Shown here in pieces: positions 1 to 9,992 of a DNA stretch of 64,000 bases. The first letter of the stretch is position 1, and every line of letters begins with the position of its first letter. The stretch lies in NCBI GenBank assembly GCA_963772035.1, contig CAVYVT010000005.1, forward strand, positions 98,189 to 162,188, read 5' to 3'. The stretch comes from an uncultured bacterium (GTDB lineage Bacteria > Actinomycetota > Thermoleophilia > Solirubrobacterales > 70-9). Made by a program: the position numbers and the translations under genes. The notes under the pieces were generated by a model. The model was not told the DNA's origin and made no database searches. It saw only the letters and a program-made list of their open reading frames with translations.

Positions 1-1189
1 ACTGCTCGAGGGAGTCGCCGCGAGCGCCGGGTCGGGCGCCTGAGACCGCGTCTGCGGCCTGAACGATCACGGCCTCGACCGTTTTCACCTCAACCTCGTT
101 GTGATGCGCTTCCATGGCGTGCGCTACGGCCTCGGACTCGCCGTTTCGCCGTGCAATCCGGCCACCGATAAGGGCGTGAGGACCCTCCACCTCGTGCGTC
201 ACGGCCTTCCCGATGTCATGAAGGAACGCCGCGCGGCGAGCCGTCTCGGCGGATGCTCCCAGCTCCTCGGCGAGGATGCCGGCGAGATTTGCGCACTCGA
301 TCAGATGGTCGAGGACGTTCTGCCCGTAGGAGGTGCGGAATCGAAGCTGGCCGATCAGCTTGGTGAGCTCCGGGTCCAGGCCGTGTACGTGGGCCTCCAG
401 AGCCGCCGTTTCGCCTTCCTCCATCACACGTTCGCTCAGGTCGGACTTCGCCTGCTCGTACGTCTCCTCGATCAGCGCCGGGTGAATGCGCCCGTCAGCA
501 ATAAGGCGCTCCAGGGTCAGACGCGCGATTTCGCGCCGGACGCCGTCGAAGCTCGAGAGGACGACGGCGGAGGGTGTCTCGTCGATGATGACGTCGACGC
601 CCGTGAGCTTTTCGAGCGCGCGGATGTTCCGCCCTTCACGCCCGATGATGCGCCCCTTCATCTCGTCGGAAGGCAGTTCCACGAGACGGGTGGTCGCTTC
701 GCTCGAATGCTTGGCGGCGAGCCTTCCGGTCGCCACCGCGAGGATGTTCCGGGCGCGCCGGTCACCTTCGCGCTTTGCCTCGTCCTCGATCTGGCGGATC
801 TTGAGCGCCGCTTGGTGCTGCGCCTCCTGCTCGACGTCGGCCAGGAGCATCTGCTTGGCCTGAGCGGCGCTCAGGCCCGAGATCCGCTCGAGCTCACGGC
901 GCTGGACGCGCTTTGCCTGCTTCAGCTCCTCGTTTTGCTGGATCAGGTTCCGCTCGCGGTCCTCCAGAGCCTGAACTCGCCGGTCGATGTCGGCCTGGCG
1001 AAGGGCGATCGATTCTGTCTCGCGAAGCGCGAGCTCTTCCATGCGGGCGATCTCGGCTCTGCGTGCCTGGAGCTCGTCCACGGGGTTGCCGTCGGTTTCG
1101 GGTGTCGTTGACACTCCAGCGGCGCTAGGTGCGAGCCCCCCGGCTTCGTCCTCGCGGCGCCAGCCGAAGCGTTGCGCGCGTTGTCCCAT
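1..1189 (-). CDS. rny: Ribonuclease Y (C-terminal end runs off the window start)
   Basis: Absent from the ORF track because it has no in-window stop. Hand translation of the reverse complement from ATG at 1189 (GGAGGTGA about 7 nt upstream, in-frame TAA immediately 5') gives a coiled-coil N-terminus. It also gives the KH motif GRIIGREGRNIRALE and HD-domain motifs NVLDHLIECANLAGILA and FLHDIGKA. The 101..1111 + ORF is its antisense shadow. Confidence 0.9.
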   Translation of the reverse strand, partial: MGQRAQRFGWRREDEAGGLAPSAAGVSTTPETDGNPVDELQARRAEIARMEELALRETESIALRQADIDRRVQALEDRERNLIQQNEELKQAKRVQRRELERISGLSAAQAKQMLLADVEQEAQHQAALKIRQIEDEAKREGDRRARNILAVATGRLAAKHSSEATTRLVELPSDEMKGRIIGREGRNIRALEKLTGVDVIIDETPSAVVLSSFDGVRREIARLTLERLIADGRIHPALIEETYEQAKSDLSERVMEEGETAALEAHVHGLDPELTKLIGQLRFRTSYGQNVLDHLIECANLAGILAEELGASAETARRAAFLHDIGKAVTHEVEGPHALIGGRIARRNGESEAVAHAMEAHHNEVEVKTVEAVIVQAADAVSGARPGARGDSLEQ

Positions 1190-1453
1190 TTAGGTTTCAC
1201 CTCCACCCGCCACAGCGAAAGCCGGCGGCGAGCGTGTCTGTAATCAAAAATCATGGTGCGTCAGGTACGCCTTGGCGGGCCGGCGTCGGGCCGGCCCTGA
1301 ATCGTTCGCCACCGATGGTAAACCCGCGCGCAAGTCGCGGAGCCCCAGAGCGCGGAAGTGGACCAACTCTTGTGCGCGTCGAAAGCGCCCAGCCCGCATA
1401 GCCGCTAGGGTCGGCGTTCGACCAGGCCGTAGAGAACCGAGAAGGGGTCAGAA

Positions 1454-2074
1454 ATGCACAATCGCCGTGCCAATGGCATTCTGTGGGCAATCGTGGCTCT
1501 CGTCGCCATGTCGATCGGGGGTGTAGCGTCAGCACAGGGCAAGACGAGGGCGCGGATCGTCTCGAACACCGTTTACGCCGACCCCGGCCGCGGCAGCACC
1601 GAAAAGAACGACATCACGGTCGGCTTCGATGCGGGCGCGAGCGAGCTGATTATCACCGACAGCCTCGCCGGCGTGAAGGCCGAGGCCCCGTGCACGAAGG
1701 AGAGCTCGAAGACCGCTCGCTGTCCGGCCGCCGCGATCTTCTACACATACGTCTACGGCTTCAGAAAGGACGACAAGCTCACGCTTAAGTCCGGCGGCAC
1801 GAACCCGTTCCCCGCCTACATCAACACCATCGTGGCCGGCGGCCCCGGCGACGACATCGTCAAGGGCGGGGCTAGCCCGGACCTGGTCAACGGGGGGCCG
1901 GACGACGACGTTATCTTCGGCGGGGGCGGGGTCGACCGCTTCTATGGGGTCTCAGGCACGGACGTGCTGCACGCCGACGACGGCGTGGCCGATCAGGTAA
2001 TCGACTGCGGCAAGGACGACGACCCGGCCCCGTTCGTGGACGATGGACTGGACCCGGAGCCGCAGAATTGCTGA
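1454..2074 (+). CDS. Secreted protein with hemolysin-type (RTX-like) calcium-binding repeats
   Basis: 206-aa ORF with a signal-like N-terminus ILWAIVALVAMSIGGVASAQG. Gly/Asp-rich runs: GGPGDDIVKGG and GGPDDDVIFGGGGVDRFYGVSGTDVLHADDG. A purine-rich GAGAAGGGG lies upstream of the ATG. Confidence 0.65.
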   Translation: MHNRRANGILWAIVALVAMSIGGVASAQGKTRARIVSNTVYADPGRGSTEKNDITVGFDAGASELIITDSLAGVKAEAPCTKESSKTARCPAAAIFYTYVYGFRKDDKLTLKSGGTNPFPAYINTIVAGGPGDDIVKGGASPDLVNGGPDDDVIFGGGGVDRFYGVSGTDVLHADDGVADQVIDCGKDDDPAPFVDDGLDPEPQNC

Positions 2075-2096
2075 GGAGCAGGTTCGCCCGAGGGGT

Positions 2097-2783
2097 CTAA
2101 CCTGCCGCCCGGAAACTGATCCCGTCAAGCGAGACGGCACTCGAGAGCCCGGTCATGCCCACGGCGCCATTGAGCGCCGGAGCACCGACGTCTCCAAAGA
2201 TCTGGAGCCTGCCCGTGGGAATGTTCACCGAATCCGAGTTGGAGTCGGTGACGCTGCAGTTGCAGACCACCGAAAAGTTGAGCTGCTTCCCATTCGCCGG
2301 GCGATAGCCCGGTGGGAGGAAGAAGATGGTCGCGGTGGCCCCGGTGACGTAGCCCTTCAGGTGGACGACGCCCTCGCCGTCCTTGTAGAAAGCAGCCGTT
2401 TCGAACGAGCCCCCGGAGTTGGTGTAGGTGTTTTGGAACGCGGGTTCTCCCGCGGCCCCAACTTCGTGCCAAGGCTCTGATGACTGAAGCGCGGGAACCG
2501 GCCCGAGGGTCGATTCCTTGATGTCGGTGCCAGTGAGGCCGTCGTCCTGAGCGTCGACACTCTTCACCTGACCGTTCACGATGTGCTTCGACTTGACGCT
2601 GTTCGCGTCGAGTTGAGTGACCGCATAGGCCCCGCCTCCGAGAGCGATGAAAACGGCGACGGTCGCCATGACGTTGGCGTAGCTCAGATGGGCGCGAATA
2701 AAGGTCAAGCTGACTCCCCTGATAGACCGGGCCCGCTCACCGTAACTGCGAGAAGGCGCCGGCGCCTCCGTATTTTCCCGCAA
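2097..2783 (-). CDS. Membrane-anchored hypothetical protein (one N-terminal TM, extracytoplasmic C-terminal domain)
   Basis: 228-aa ORF with hydrophobic anchor YANVMATVAVFIALGGGAYA. A more likely start is TTG at 2708 (GGGGAG 6 nt upstream), giving MTFIRAHLSYANV. No catalytic motif recognised. Confidence 0.55.
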   Translation of the reverse strand: MRENTEAPAPSRSYGERARSIRGVSLTFIRAHLSYANVMATVAVFIALGGGAYAVTQLDANSVKSKHIVNGQVKSVDAQDDGLTGTDIKESTLGPVPALQSSEPWHEVGAAGEPAFQNTYTNSGGSFETAAFYKDGEGVVHLKGYVTGATATIFFLPPGYRPANGKQLNFSVVCNCSVTDSNSDSVNIPTGRLQIFGDVGAPALNGAVGMTGLSSAVSLDGISFRAAG

Positions 2784-2853
2784 CCTGCTTTCGAGCTCGC
2801 GTTGGACTCAGGCGCTCTCCATGCAAAGCGACTAAGTCGCTCGGCTTGGAAGC

Positions 2854-3315
2854 TCAGGCTGCGCGGCGCTCAGCCAGGCGGACGGCGGCGTAGGCGACTT
2901 CCATCTCGTAGCCGCGTCGCGCCAGGAAGGCAAGAGCCTTGCCCCGGCCTGAGTCGTCGTCAAGGCTTCCGCGGCGCTCGGCGAGGAGCTCTGCGGCGCG
3001 CTCGGCCAGCTCATCGTGGCTCTCGCCGCCCGCCGCAGCCTCGGCGACAGGGCGAGCAACCCCCTTCTCGATCAGGGTCTCGCGGATCCGGCCCGGTCCC
3101 CAGCCGAAGAGCTCGCGCTTGTCCTGGGCGAAAAGCGCGGCGTAGCGCTCGTCGCCGAGCTGCCCCATCTCGATCAGGCGCTCGATCGCCTCTTCGGCCT
3201 CGTCAGGGTCTGCCTCGCGCTCGGCAAGCCACGCCCGGAGTTCTGAAACCGTGCGCTCCTTACGCGAGAGCGCGTTGATTGCGAGCTCGAAGGCAGTCTT
3301 CTTGCGCCCGGGCAC
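2854..3315 (-). CDS. recX: RecA regulator RecX
   Basis: 153-aa ORF starting (GTG) 18 nt after the recA stop. RecX-like helical repeats and the C-terminal ALAFLARRGYEMEVAYAAV motif. Confidence 0.8.
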   Translation of the reverse strand: MPGRKKTAFELAINALSRKERTVSELRAWLAEREADPDEAEEAIERLIEMGQLGDERYAALFAQDKRELFGWGPGRIRETLIEKGVARPVAEAAAGGESHDELAERAAELLAERRGSLDDDSGRGKALAFLARRGYEMEVAYAAVRLAERRAA

Positions 3316-3333
3316 GCCGGCGGCTTCCTGTAG

Positions 3334-4461
3334 CTACGCCGCCTGGCGCTCGGGCTCTGCGTCCTCGGCGATGGCCGGAGCTTCCTCGGCGGCGGGCGCA
3401 TCCGGCACAGCCGCGATCGGGCGCGGTGCGCGATCCATCTCGAGGAGCGAGAAGATCTTCATCTCGATCTCCTGCGCCAACTCCGGATTCTCGGCCAGGT
3501 AGCTCTTCGTGTTGCTTCGTCCCTGACCGAGCCTGAGCTCGCCGTAGGAGAAGAACGAGCCGGACTTCTGAATGAGGTCGTGTTCGAGAGCAAGGTCGAG
3601 CAGGCACCCCTCGTGGGAGATCCCCTGGCCGTACTCGATGTCGAACTCGGCCTGGCGAAACGGCGGCGCGACCTTGTTCTTCACGACCTTGATGCGGACC
3701 CGGTTACCGACTGCCTCGGTGCCCTCCTTGAGGGTCTCGATGCGGCGGATGTCGAGTCGCTGCGACGAGTAGAACTTGAGCGCGCGACCACCTGGCTGAG
3801 TTTCGGGTGAGCCGAAGGTGACGCCGATCTTCTCGCGGATCTGGTTCGTAAACAGGCAAACGGTGTTGGCGCGGCTGAGGTTGCCGGCGAGCTTTCGCAT
3901 CGCCTGGGACATCATCCGGGCCTGGAGACCCACCGACTGGTCGCCCATCTGGCCCTCGAGCTCAACGCGCGGAGTGAGCGCGGCGACCGAGTCGACCGCG
4001 ACGATGTCCATTGCGCCCGAGCGGACGAGGACGTCGACGATCTCGAGCGCCTGCTCGCCGTAGTCGGGCTGAGAGATGAGGAGCTCGTCAGTGTTGACGC
4101 CGATCCGGCGGGCGTAGGCGGGGTCGAGAGCGTGCTCCGCGTCGATGAACGCGCAGACGCCGCCGCGGGCCTGAGCCTCGGCGATGATGTGGTAGACGAG
4201 GGTCGTCTTACCCGAGGACTCCGGGCCGAAGATCTCGATCACACGGCCTTTCGGGACGCCGCCGACGCCGAGCGCCAGGTCGAGCGAGAGCGCGCCCGTC
4301 GGGATCGAATCGACCTTCAGCGCGTCGTTGCCGGTCAGCCGCATCAGCGTGCCGGCGCCGAAGTCCTTGTCGATCTGGGTCATGGCCGCTTCGAGCGCTG
4401 CCTCGCGCTGCTTCGCTTCCTTGTCCGCCGCCTTCTGATCTGCCTTCGTCTGTTCAGCCAT
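3334..4461 (-). CDS. recA: Recombinase RecA
   Basis: Walker [10 protein letters not shown] plus conserved blocks [23 protein letters not shown] and [29 protein letters not shown] chose ATG at 4461 (GAGGTGA SD upstream) rather than the track start at 4491. Confidence 0.95.
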   Translation of the reverse strand: MAEQTKADQKAADKEAKQREAALEAAMTQIDKDFGAGTLMRLTGNDALKVDSIPTGALSLDLALGVGGVPKGRVIEIFGPESSGKTTLVYHIIAEAQARGGVCAFIDAEHALDPAYARRIGVNTDELLISQPDYGEQALEIVDVLVRSGAMDIVAVDSVAALTPRVELEGQMGDQSVGLQARMMSQAMRKLAGNLSRANTVCLFTNQIREKIGVTFGSPETQPGGRALKFYSSQRLDIRRIETLKEGTEAVGNRVRIKVVKNKVAPPFRQAEFDIEYGQGISHEGCLLDLALEHDLIQKSGSFFSYGELRLGQGRSNTKSYLAENPELAQEIEMKIFSLLEMDRAPRPIAAVPDAPAAEEAPAIAEDAEPERQAA

Positions 4462-4469
4462 CTTCTCTT

Positions 4470-5042
4470 TCACCTCAAGTTCAAATTGCAAAGCGGCACG
4501 TATTGAGAGCCATCGCGCCCGATCATCGAACGGTAAAGACAGAGTCGGACAGCAAGGAACTCGCCCCCCAGGCCTTCGGGGATGGGCTCAGGGAGTCGAT
4601 CGACTGGCAGCGGGCGCCGCCGGCGCGACTTGCCTCCGATCTTCTCGGAGCGAACGCGCGCAACCGTCACATGCGGCCAGAACGGGCGCTTCTCCTCCTC
4701 GGCGAGCCCGAGCTCGCGGTACCGAGCCGAGACCTCTTCCGCCAGGCTGGTCGCCTCCGGCGCCTCTGCCTCTATGGCGAACAGCGACGGCTTCCGCGGA
4801 GGCTTGGCCACGGGGTGCCTGACCAGACGCATTGCCACCTGACGCGGCTCGATGGCCTGGATGACCGCTTTGGCCTCTTCGACCCGCTCGGGTGGCGTCC
4901 AGCCGAGGAAGCACACAGTCATGTGAAGAGACTCGGCACGCACCGGCCGAAGCGCGGGATCGGTGAGCTCGCGAGCGCCCCACCCCTCCAACCCGTCGCG
5001 GACGTCGTCCGGCAGGTCGAGGGCAGCAAAGAGGCGCTCCAT
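4470..5042 (-). CDS. thpR: RNA 2',3'-cyclic phosphodiesterase / 2'-5' RNA ligase family (2H phosphoesterase)
   Basis: Two H-x-T-x motifs (HMTVCFLG and HVTVARV) at typical spacing. The ATG at 5042 overlaps the upstream TGA by one base (TGATG). Confidence 0.75.
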   Translation of the reverse strand: MERLFAALDLPDDVRDGLEGWGARELTDPALRPVRAESLHMTVCFLGWTPPERVEEAKAVIQAIEPRQVAMRLVRHPVAKPPRKPSLFAIEAEAPEATSLAEEVSARYRELGLAEEEKRPFWPHVTVARVRSEKIGGKSRRRRPLPVDRLPEPIPEGLGGEFLAVRLCLYRSMIGRDGSQYVPLCNLNLR

Positions 5043-6139
5043 CACACCTCGCGCAGGAAGCCGATGATGTCGCGGGCGAGCAGCTCAGGCTCCTCCCACG
5101 CGGCGAAGTGGCCACCCCGGTCGTGATCGGTCCACTGGCGCATGTCGCCGAGCGTCCGCTCGGCCCATTCCCGCGGCGGGTGGAGGATCTCCTCGGGAAA
5201 GTCGGCGACCGCGGCCGGAACGCCAATCGTCTCCCCCGCCTCGAGCTTCCATCGCGAGCGAGCCTCAGCCGCATACAGGCGGATCGAGGTCGAGATCGTG
5301 CCCGTAGCCCAGTAGAGCGTGAGGAAGTCGCAGAGCTGGTCGAGCGTGAACCGGGTTTCGACGTCGCCCGCGCAGTCGGACCAGTCGCGATACTTCGAGA
5401 CGAGCCAGGCAGCGAGACCGGCCGGCGAGTCGTTCAGCGCCGGTGCCAGGGTGTCGGGCGCCGTCGCCTGGGTGAGCATGTAGTGGGCGCCGCGAGTGCG
5501 CCATTTGGCGGCTTCAGCGAGCCACGTCTCCTCGACCTCGCTGAGGTCCGAGAGATCCGCCGGAAACGGCAGCACGGACGGCGAGTTCACGTGAAGCGCT
5601 GTGACGCGCTGAGGCGAGTCGTACGCGATCCGCGCTGCGATCACGGTTCCCCAATCCCCGCCCTGAACCGCATAGCTCCCGATGCCGAGCCCGTCCTCGA
5701 CCAGTGCCCGAAGTCGGTCGGCGACTCCGGCGGCGTTCAGGGCCCTCTCGCCGGCCGCGGAGAAGCCGAATCCCGGCAAGGACGGCACGATGACCTCGTG
5801 GCCCGCCTCGACCAGGAGCGGAATCAGCCGCTCGAACTCCAGCACGGCGCCCGGCCAGCCGTGGATCAGCGCGATCGGGGATCCGGCGCCTTCGCCGGCG
5901 CGGATGAAGTGGATTCCCTCCCAAGTCGCGTTGTCGAACTCGTTCAACCTCGCTTCGGTTGAACGCCAGTCGTACTCCGAAGCCCAGTGCTCACACAGCC
6001 GGCGCAGGAATCCCTGATCCATCCCGTACTCCCAGCCGACGTCGGCGACTTCGGGCCAACGCGTGCGATTCAGGCGCTCGCGGAGTTCGTCGATGTCCGA
6101 CTCGCCGACAGCGATCTCGTAGGCACGCGGCTTCGACAC
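5042..6139 (-). CDS. Epoxide hydrolase (alpha/beta fold with epoxide-hydrolase N-terminal domain)
   Basis: 365 aa. N-terminal ESDIDELRERLNRTRWPE-type segment, HGWPG oxyanion motif and GGDWG nucleophile region. GTG start at 6139. Confidence 0.8.
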   Translation of the reverse strand: MSKPRAYEIAVGESDIDELRERLNRTRWPEVADVGWEYGMDQGFLRRLCEHWASEYDWRSTEARLNEFDNATWEGIHFIRAGEGAGSPIALIHGWPGAVLEFERLIPLLVEAGHEVIVPSLPGFGFSAAGERALNAAGVADRLRALVEDGLGIGSYAVQGGDWGTVIAARIAYDSPQRVTALHVNSPSVLPFPADLSDLSEVEETWLAEAAKWRTRGAHYMLTQATAPDTLAPALNDSPAGLAAWLVSKYRDWSDCAGDVETRFTLDQLCDFLTLYWATGTISTSIRLYAAEARSRWKLEAGETIGVPAAVADFPEEILHPPREWAERTLGDMRQWTDHDRGGHFAAWEEPELLARDIIGFLREV

Positions 6140-6154
6140 GCCGCCTGTTCTACC

Positions 6155-7558
6155 TCAGGGACGCTCGAAGGCGCCGGAGTCGCAGTTCCGGTCCGGGCGC
6201 GGCCTGCCCCGCTGATCGCGCTTCGGGCAATCGTCGGAGAGGCCGAGGGCCGGACTGGCCGAGCGAAGGCCCACGGTCTCGGTCAGGCCGCCGTTGTCGG
6301 CGAGGTCTCCCAGCCGGAGATCGCCGGCGGCCACGATCCCTGGCACGAAATTGCAGGTACCGGTCGCCGCCCCCGACTGGATCACGAAGGCGGCGTCGCC
6401 GGCGAAATCGCCGCCGCACTGCGAGCCCGTGCCGGAGCTGCCCACGGTATTCGCCCCCACGACCGAATCGCCCACGGCGAACGTTGCGCCCGAGTGCTGA
6501 TAGATGCCGCCGGCTACTCCCCCACCGGTGTTGTCCGAGTCGGCCATGTTGTGGGCGACCGTCACATTGTCGAACGTCACCGAAGCAAGGTTGTCGGCCA
6601 TTATGCCGCCGCCCTCGGCCCTGGCCAGATTGCCCGCCAGTGTCGAATTGGCGAGGCTCACCACGGGCTTCATCAGCCCCAGACCCGGCTGATTTCCATC
6701 GACGAGAATTCCGCCGCCCTTACCGGCTGAGTTGCCGCTGATGGTCGAAGACTTGATCTTCGTATGGGGCACGAAATTGGCGTTCGAGACGATGTCGAGG
6801 CCACCGCCCTCGGTGGCGTTGTTTCCCGCCACCGTGGTCCCGGAGATCGAGAGCGACTGGACCTGCGAGTAGATGCCGCCCCCGAAGAAGGCCGAGTTGC
6901 CAGAGATGACCGAACCGCGGATCTTCGCCTTGATGTCCGCGGCCGCACTGCCGGGGAAGATGGCGAGACCCCCTCCCTTCCCGCCCGGAACCTGATTTCC
7001 GAAGATGCGGCTATTGACGATCTTGAGGGAGAGGCCCGGTTCGAGCCTGGCCCCGCCTCCTACACCCACGCCCGAGTTTCCCGTGATGGCCACGTTCTCG
7101 AGCGTCGTGAACCTTCCCACTCCGAGCACTCCGCCCGTTCCGTTCACAGTCTCGAGGCCGCCGGTGATCCGCAGGTCCTGAAGCTTGTTCGCCTCCGTGA
7201 AGTTCCCGAGTTGCATGACCATGTCGAGGCCGTTCGCATCGAGGGTCGTCTTTCCCTGCCCCTTCCCGATGACGGTCGACCCGTAGGTCCACCACCACCC
7301 GTCGGTGCCGTCGTTCGCAGTGGGCGGCAACTCCATCTCATAGGTCCCCTTGCCGAGCTGAATCGTGTCCTCTTGCTGCGTTGCGTTGGCGGCGAGGAAC
7401 GCTTCGCGGAGCGAGCAATCATCAGCCTTGCATTTGCCCGGAGGCGGGTCGTCCTTGCGTGTCGGCTCGTAAGTCGCCGCCTGGGCGGGCACCGCGCTCC
7501 AGGCCGCAAGCGCCGAGAGAGCAGCGATGCCAAGCCAAAGTCTCACGGCGCACCCCAT
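6155..7558 (-). CDS. Secreted right-handed beta-helix protein (CSLREA / choice-of-anchor-Q-like)
   Basis: Signal peptide MGCAVRLWLGIAALSALAAWSAVPAQA and the motif CSLREAFLAANA. About 7 GGG-containing beta-helix rungs (GKGGGLAIF, FFGGGIYS, TEGGGLDIV, GKGGGILVD, AEGGGIMAD). C-terminal DQRGRPRP..CDSGAFE. The track ORF extends to 7603; ATG at 7558 fits the signal peptide. Confidence 0.7.
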   Translation of the reverse strand: MGCAVRLWLGIAALSALAAWSAVPAQAATYEPTRKDDPPPGKCKADDCSLREAFLAANATQQEDTIQLGKGTYEMELPPTANDGTDGWWWTYGSTVIGKGQGKTTLDANGLDMVMQLGNFTEANKLQDLRITGGLETVNGTGGVLGVGRFTTLENVAITGNSGVGVGGGARLEPGLSLKIVNSRIFGNQVPGGKGGGLAIFPGSAAADIKAKIRGSVISGNSAFFGGGIYSQVQSLSISGTTVAGNNATEGGGLDIVSNANFVPHTKIKSSTISGNSAGKGGGILVDGNQPGLGLMKPVVSLANSTLAGNLARAEGGGIMADNLASVTFDNVTVAHNMADSDNTGGGVAGGIYQHSGATFAVGDSVVGANTVGSSGTGSQCGGDFAGDAAFVIQSGAATGTCNFVPGIVAAGDLRLGDLADNGGLTETVGLRSASPALGLSDDCPKRDQRGRPRPDRNCDSGAFERP

Positions 7559-7606
7559 GTCCACCTTGAACACTACATCCGCGCGAGAGTCGCGCGGATC
7601 CATTGC

Positions 7607-8915
7607 TTAGAGCGGGAAATCCTCACCCAGGAGCAGGCGCCGGGTGAGGTGCATGGCGAGAAGCGCAGAGCGCTCGCGGATGTCCGCGCGCGCTCCCGGC
7701 ATCACGGGGTCCCGGGCGATCTTCGATCCGTCGGAGCTCTTGACGCACACGCACACGTAGCCGACTGGCTTTTCCTCGGTGCCTCCTGTCGGCCCTGCGA
7801 TTCCTGTGATCCCGACGCCGATATCGGCGTCGTACTGCTCGAGAGCTCCGTCGGCCATCGCCTCGGCGACCTCGGGCGAGACCGCGCCGTGCGCCTGGAT
7901 CAGCTCAGCCGGAACACCCAGGACCTTCGTCTTCGACTCGTTCGTGTACGTCACGGCGCCGCCGCAGACGTAGGCGGAGGCCCCGTCGAGCTCGGTCAGG
8001 CGTGCGGCGAGGAGTCCCCCGGTGCATGACTCGGCGGTGGCGATCCTGTGTCCCTCGAGGAGCGAGGCGAGCTGCGAATCGATCGTCTCACCGTCCCGGC
8101 TGAAGAGGAAGCGGCCGTGGCGCTCGTCGATGCCTGCGATCAGCGCGGTGAGGGTGTCCTCGGCGCCTGGGCGGTGCCGGACCTCGATCTCGAGCTCGCC
8201 CTTGCGCAGGCAGGTCGTGATCTCGAGATCATCGATAGCGACTCCGCCCTCCTGGATCTCGCGAAGCGACATCGCGATCTCGGACTCGGGAACGCCAAAC
8301 AGGCGGAGCATCACGCCCGCGTACGGCTCGGCGCGATCGAGAACGGCCCGGACCGGCTCCGTCTCCAGCGCCTTCGGCCACATCGAGTGGAGCTCGCGCG
8401 GCGGCCCGGGCATGACGACCACGACAGGCCCGTCGTCGACCGGAACGACGAGACCGGGCGCCGTTCCCGCCGGGTCGATCAGCGTGGAGCCCTCGGGGAC
8501 CACGGCCTGCTTGCGGTTCGCCTCGCGGACCGCCTCCGGGTCGAAGTTGAGGCGTTTGGCGAAGCCGGCGAGGATCTCGGCGATCTTCTCCTCCATGCTC
8601 CTCGTCGAGGACCATCTCGCGCCCCGCGAACCTGCCCACGACCTCCGCGGTCAGGTCGTCCGCCGTCGGCCCGAGGCCGCCGCTCGTGGCGATCAGGTCC
8701 ATGCCGTCGTCTCCAAGGAAGCGGAGCGCGTGCTCGAGATCGCTGGGCCGATCGCCGACGACGACGATGTGGGAGACCTCCACCCCGCGCTCTGCCAGCT
8801 CCTTGGAGATCCAGGGTCCATTCTTGTCCTGGATCGTCCCGGTTATGACCTCGGTGCCCGTGACGACGATGCCGGCGCGCACCGGTTTGACGGCAGCTCC
8901 ACTCACGGCGCTCAC
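7607..8915 (-). pseudogene. cinA: CinA (competence/damage-inducible; MoCF-like N-domain plus PncC deamidase domain) interrupted by an apparent 1-nt insertion
   Basis: The N-terminal domain is in ORF 8229..8915 (..[31 protein letters not shown], then nonsense). The remainder is in ORF 7607..8596 ([33 protein letters not shown]). The frames join if one base is skipped near 8597. Confidence 0.8.
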
Positions 8916-8944
8916 TCTACGGAGCGTTCACCGCGGTGAGGAAC

Positions 8945-9916
8945 TCAGGGAGCGATATCGAGGCCCAGCGGGTTGTCGAAACCCGAGCCGTTGAGGAGCG
9001 TCAGATCGCCGGTCTTCAGGTCGACCTCGTAGACCGACGCTGGGAACACCCTCGTGACATACGCGGTCTCTTTATTCGCCACCGCAAGACCAGCGGGAAC
9101 CACACCGGCGCTCTTGAAGATCGTTTTTGCTTTTCCGGTGTCGAGGTCTACTCGGAACATCGCGCCGGTGAAGTTGAACGCTCCGCTGTCGATCACGATG
9201 GCGGTGTGCTTGATCTCGGTATCGACGTCCCCGAGGTCCTCGATATCGGGGAAGTCGCCCTTGCCTGCAATCACCTTCTGCTTCCCCGAATCAAGGTCTA
9301 CCTGGATCAGGCCGCCACTGAGCCTGAGATTGCTCTTGCTGCTGCCGGCATCAGCGACGAGCGCCTTCGACAAGCCGGTGTCGATGCCAAGCGGGTCGCC
9401 GATGTTCTTGCCGCCGCTCAGCAATGTGGCCTTGCCTGTGGTGAGGTTCACCTTGATCACGCGGGACGGCTTGCCGCCGAAGTCCGTTACGTAGGCAAAA
9501 TTGCCCTTACTGTCGATCGCGATCGGGTCGGCAAAGCGCTTCTGGCCGCCCGCGGCGTCGGAGATCGTGTTGTTCGAGACGACGGTCTGCGAGCCGTTCG
9601 ACTGATTGATGCGGATGACACCGCCGTCGCCGCCGAAAGCGTCGCGGTCGACGACGAGGATGTTGCCGTCGCCATCGAACGTGACGCCGGCTGGGAACAC
9701 AAAGTTGCCCCCGGTCGAGACGGGGGCTTTGGCCCCGGTCTCGGGATTGACAGCTTCGACCTGCTGGTCCAGGGAGTCGGCGACGATGACGTCGCCCGAG
9801 TCCCAGAACGTAGGCCCAGCCTGGCTCGCACTTGGTCCTGCGACCACCGCAACTCCGAGCGCGAGCGTCAGTCCCGCGATCAGCCTTTTCTTCCCCACGC
9901 GCGCCGTCCCTGTCAT
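8945..9916 (-). CDS. Secreted NHL/SMP-30-like beta-propeller repeat protein
   Basis: 323 aa with signal-like LIAGLTLALGVAVVAGPSASQA. Repeated blade motifs such as GVTFDGDGNILVVD and PIAIDSKGNFAYVTD. Confidence 0.6.
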   Translation of the reverse strand: MTGTARVGKKRLIAGLTLALGVAVVAGPSASQAGPTFWDSGDVIVADSLDQQVEAVNPETGAKAPVSTGGNFVFPAGVTFDGDGNILVVDRDAFGGDGGVIRINQSNGSQTVVSNNTISDAAGGQKRFADPIAIDSKGNFAYVTDFGGKPSRVIKVNLTTGKATLLSGGKNIGDPLGIDTGLSKALVADAGSSKSNLRLSGGLIQVDLDSGKQKVIAGKGDFPDIEDLGDVDTEIKHTAIVIDSGAFNFTGAMFRVDLDTGKAKTIFKSAGVVPAGLAVANKETAYVTRVFPASVYEVDLKTGDLTLLNGSGFDNPLGLDIAP

Positions 9917-9992
9917 CGAACCCTCCGTAGCCGTTTTAAGTGATGCCCTGCACCGGGCAGGTTAATGGCGACAGGGCAAATCACCTAATCCG

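Noticed and set aside
101-1111. 336-aa plus-strand ORF at the window start
   Set aside because: It is antisense to RNase Y, whose KH and HD motifs read clearly on the minus strand.
4462-4560. SOS (LexA) box upstream of recA
   Set aside because: Only a single CGAAC half-site was found, with no GAAC-N4-GTTC dyad. The recA upstream region is the 3' end of thpR.
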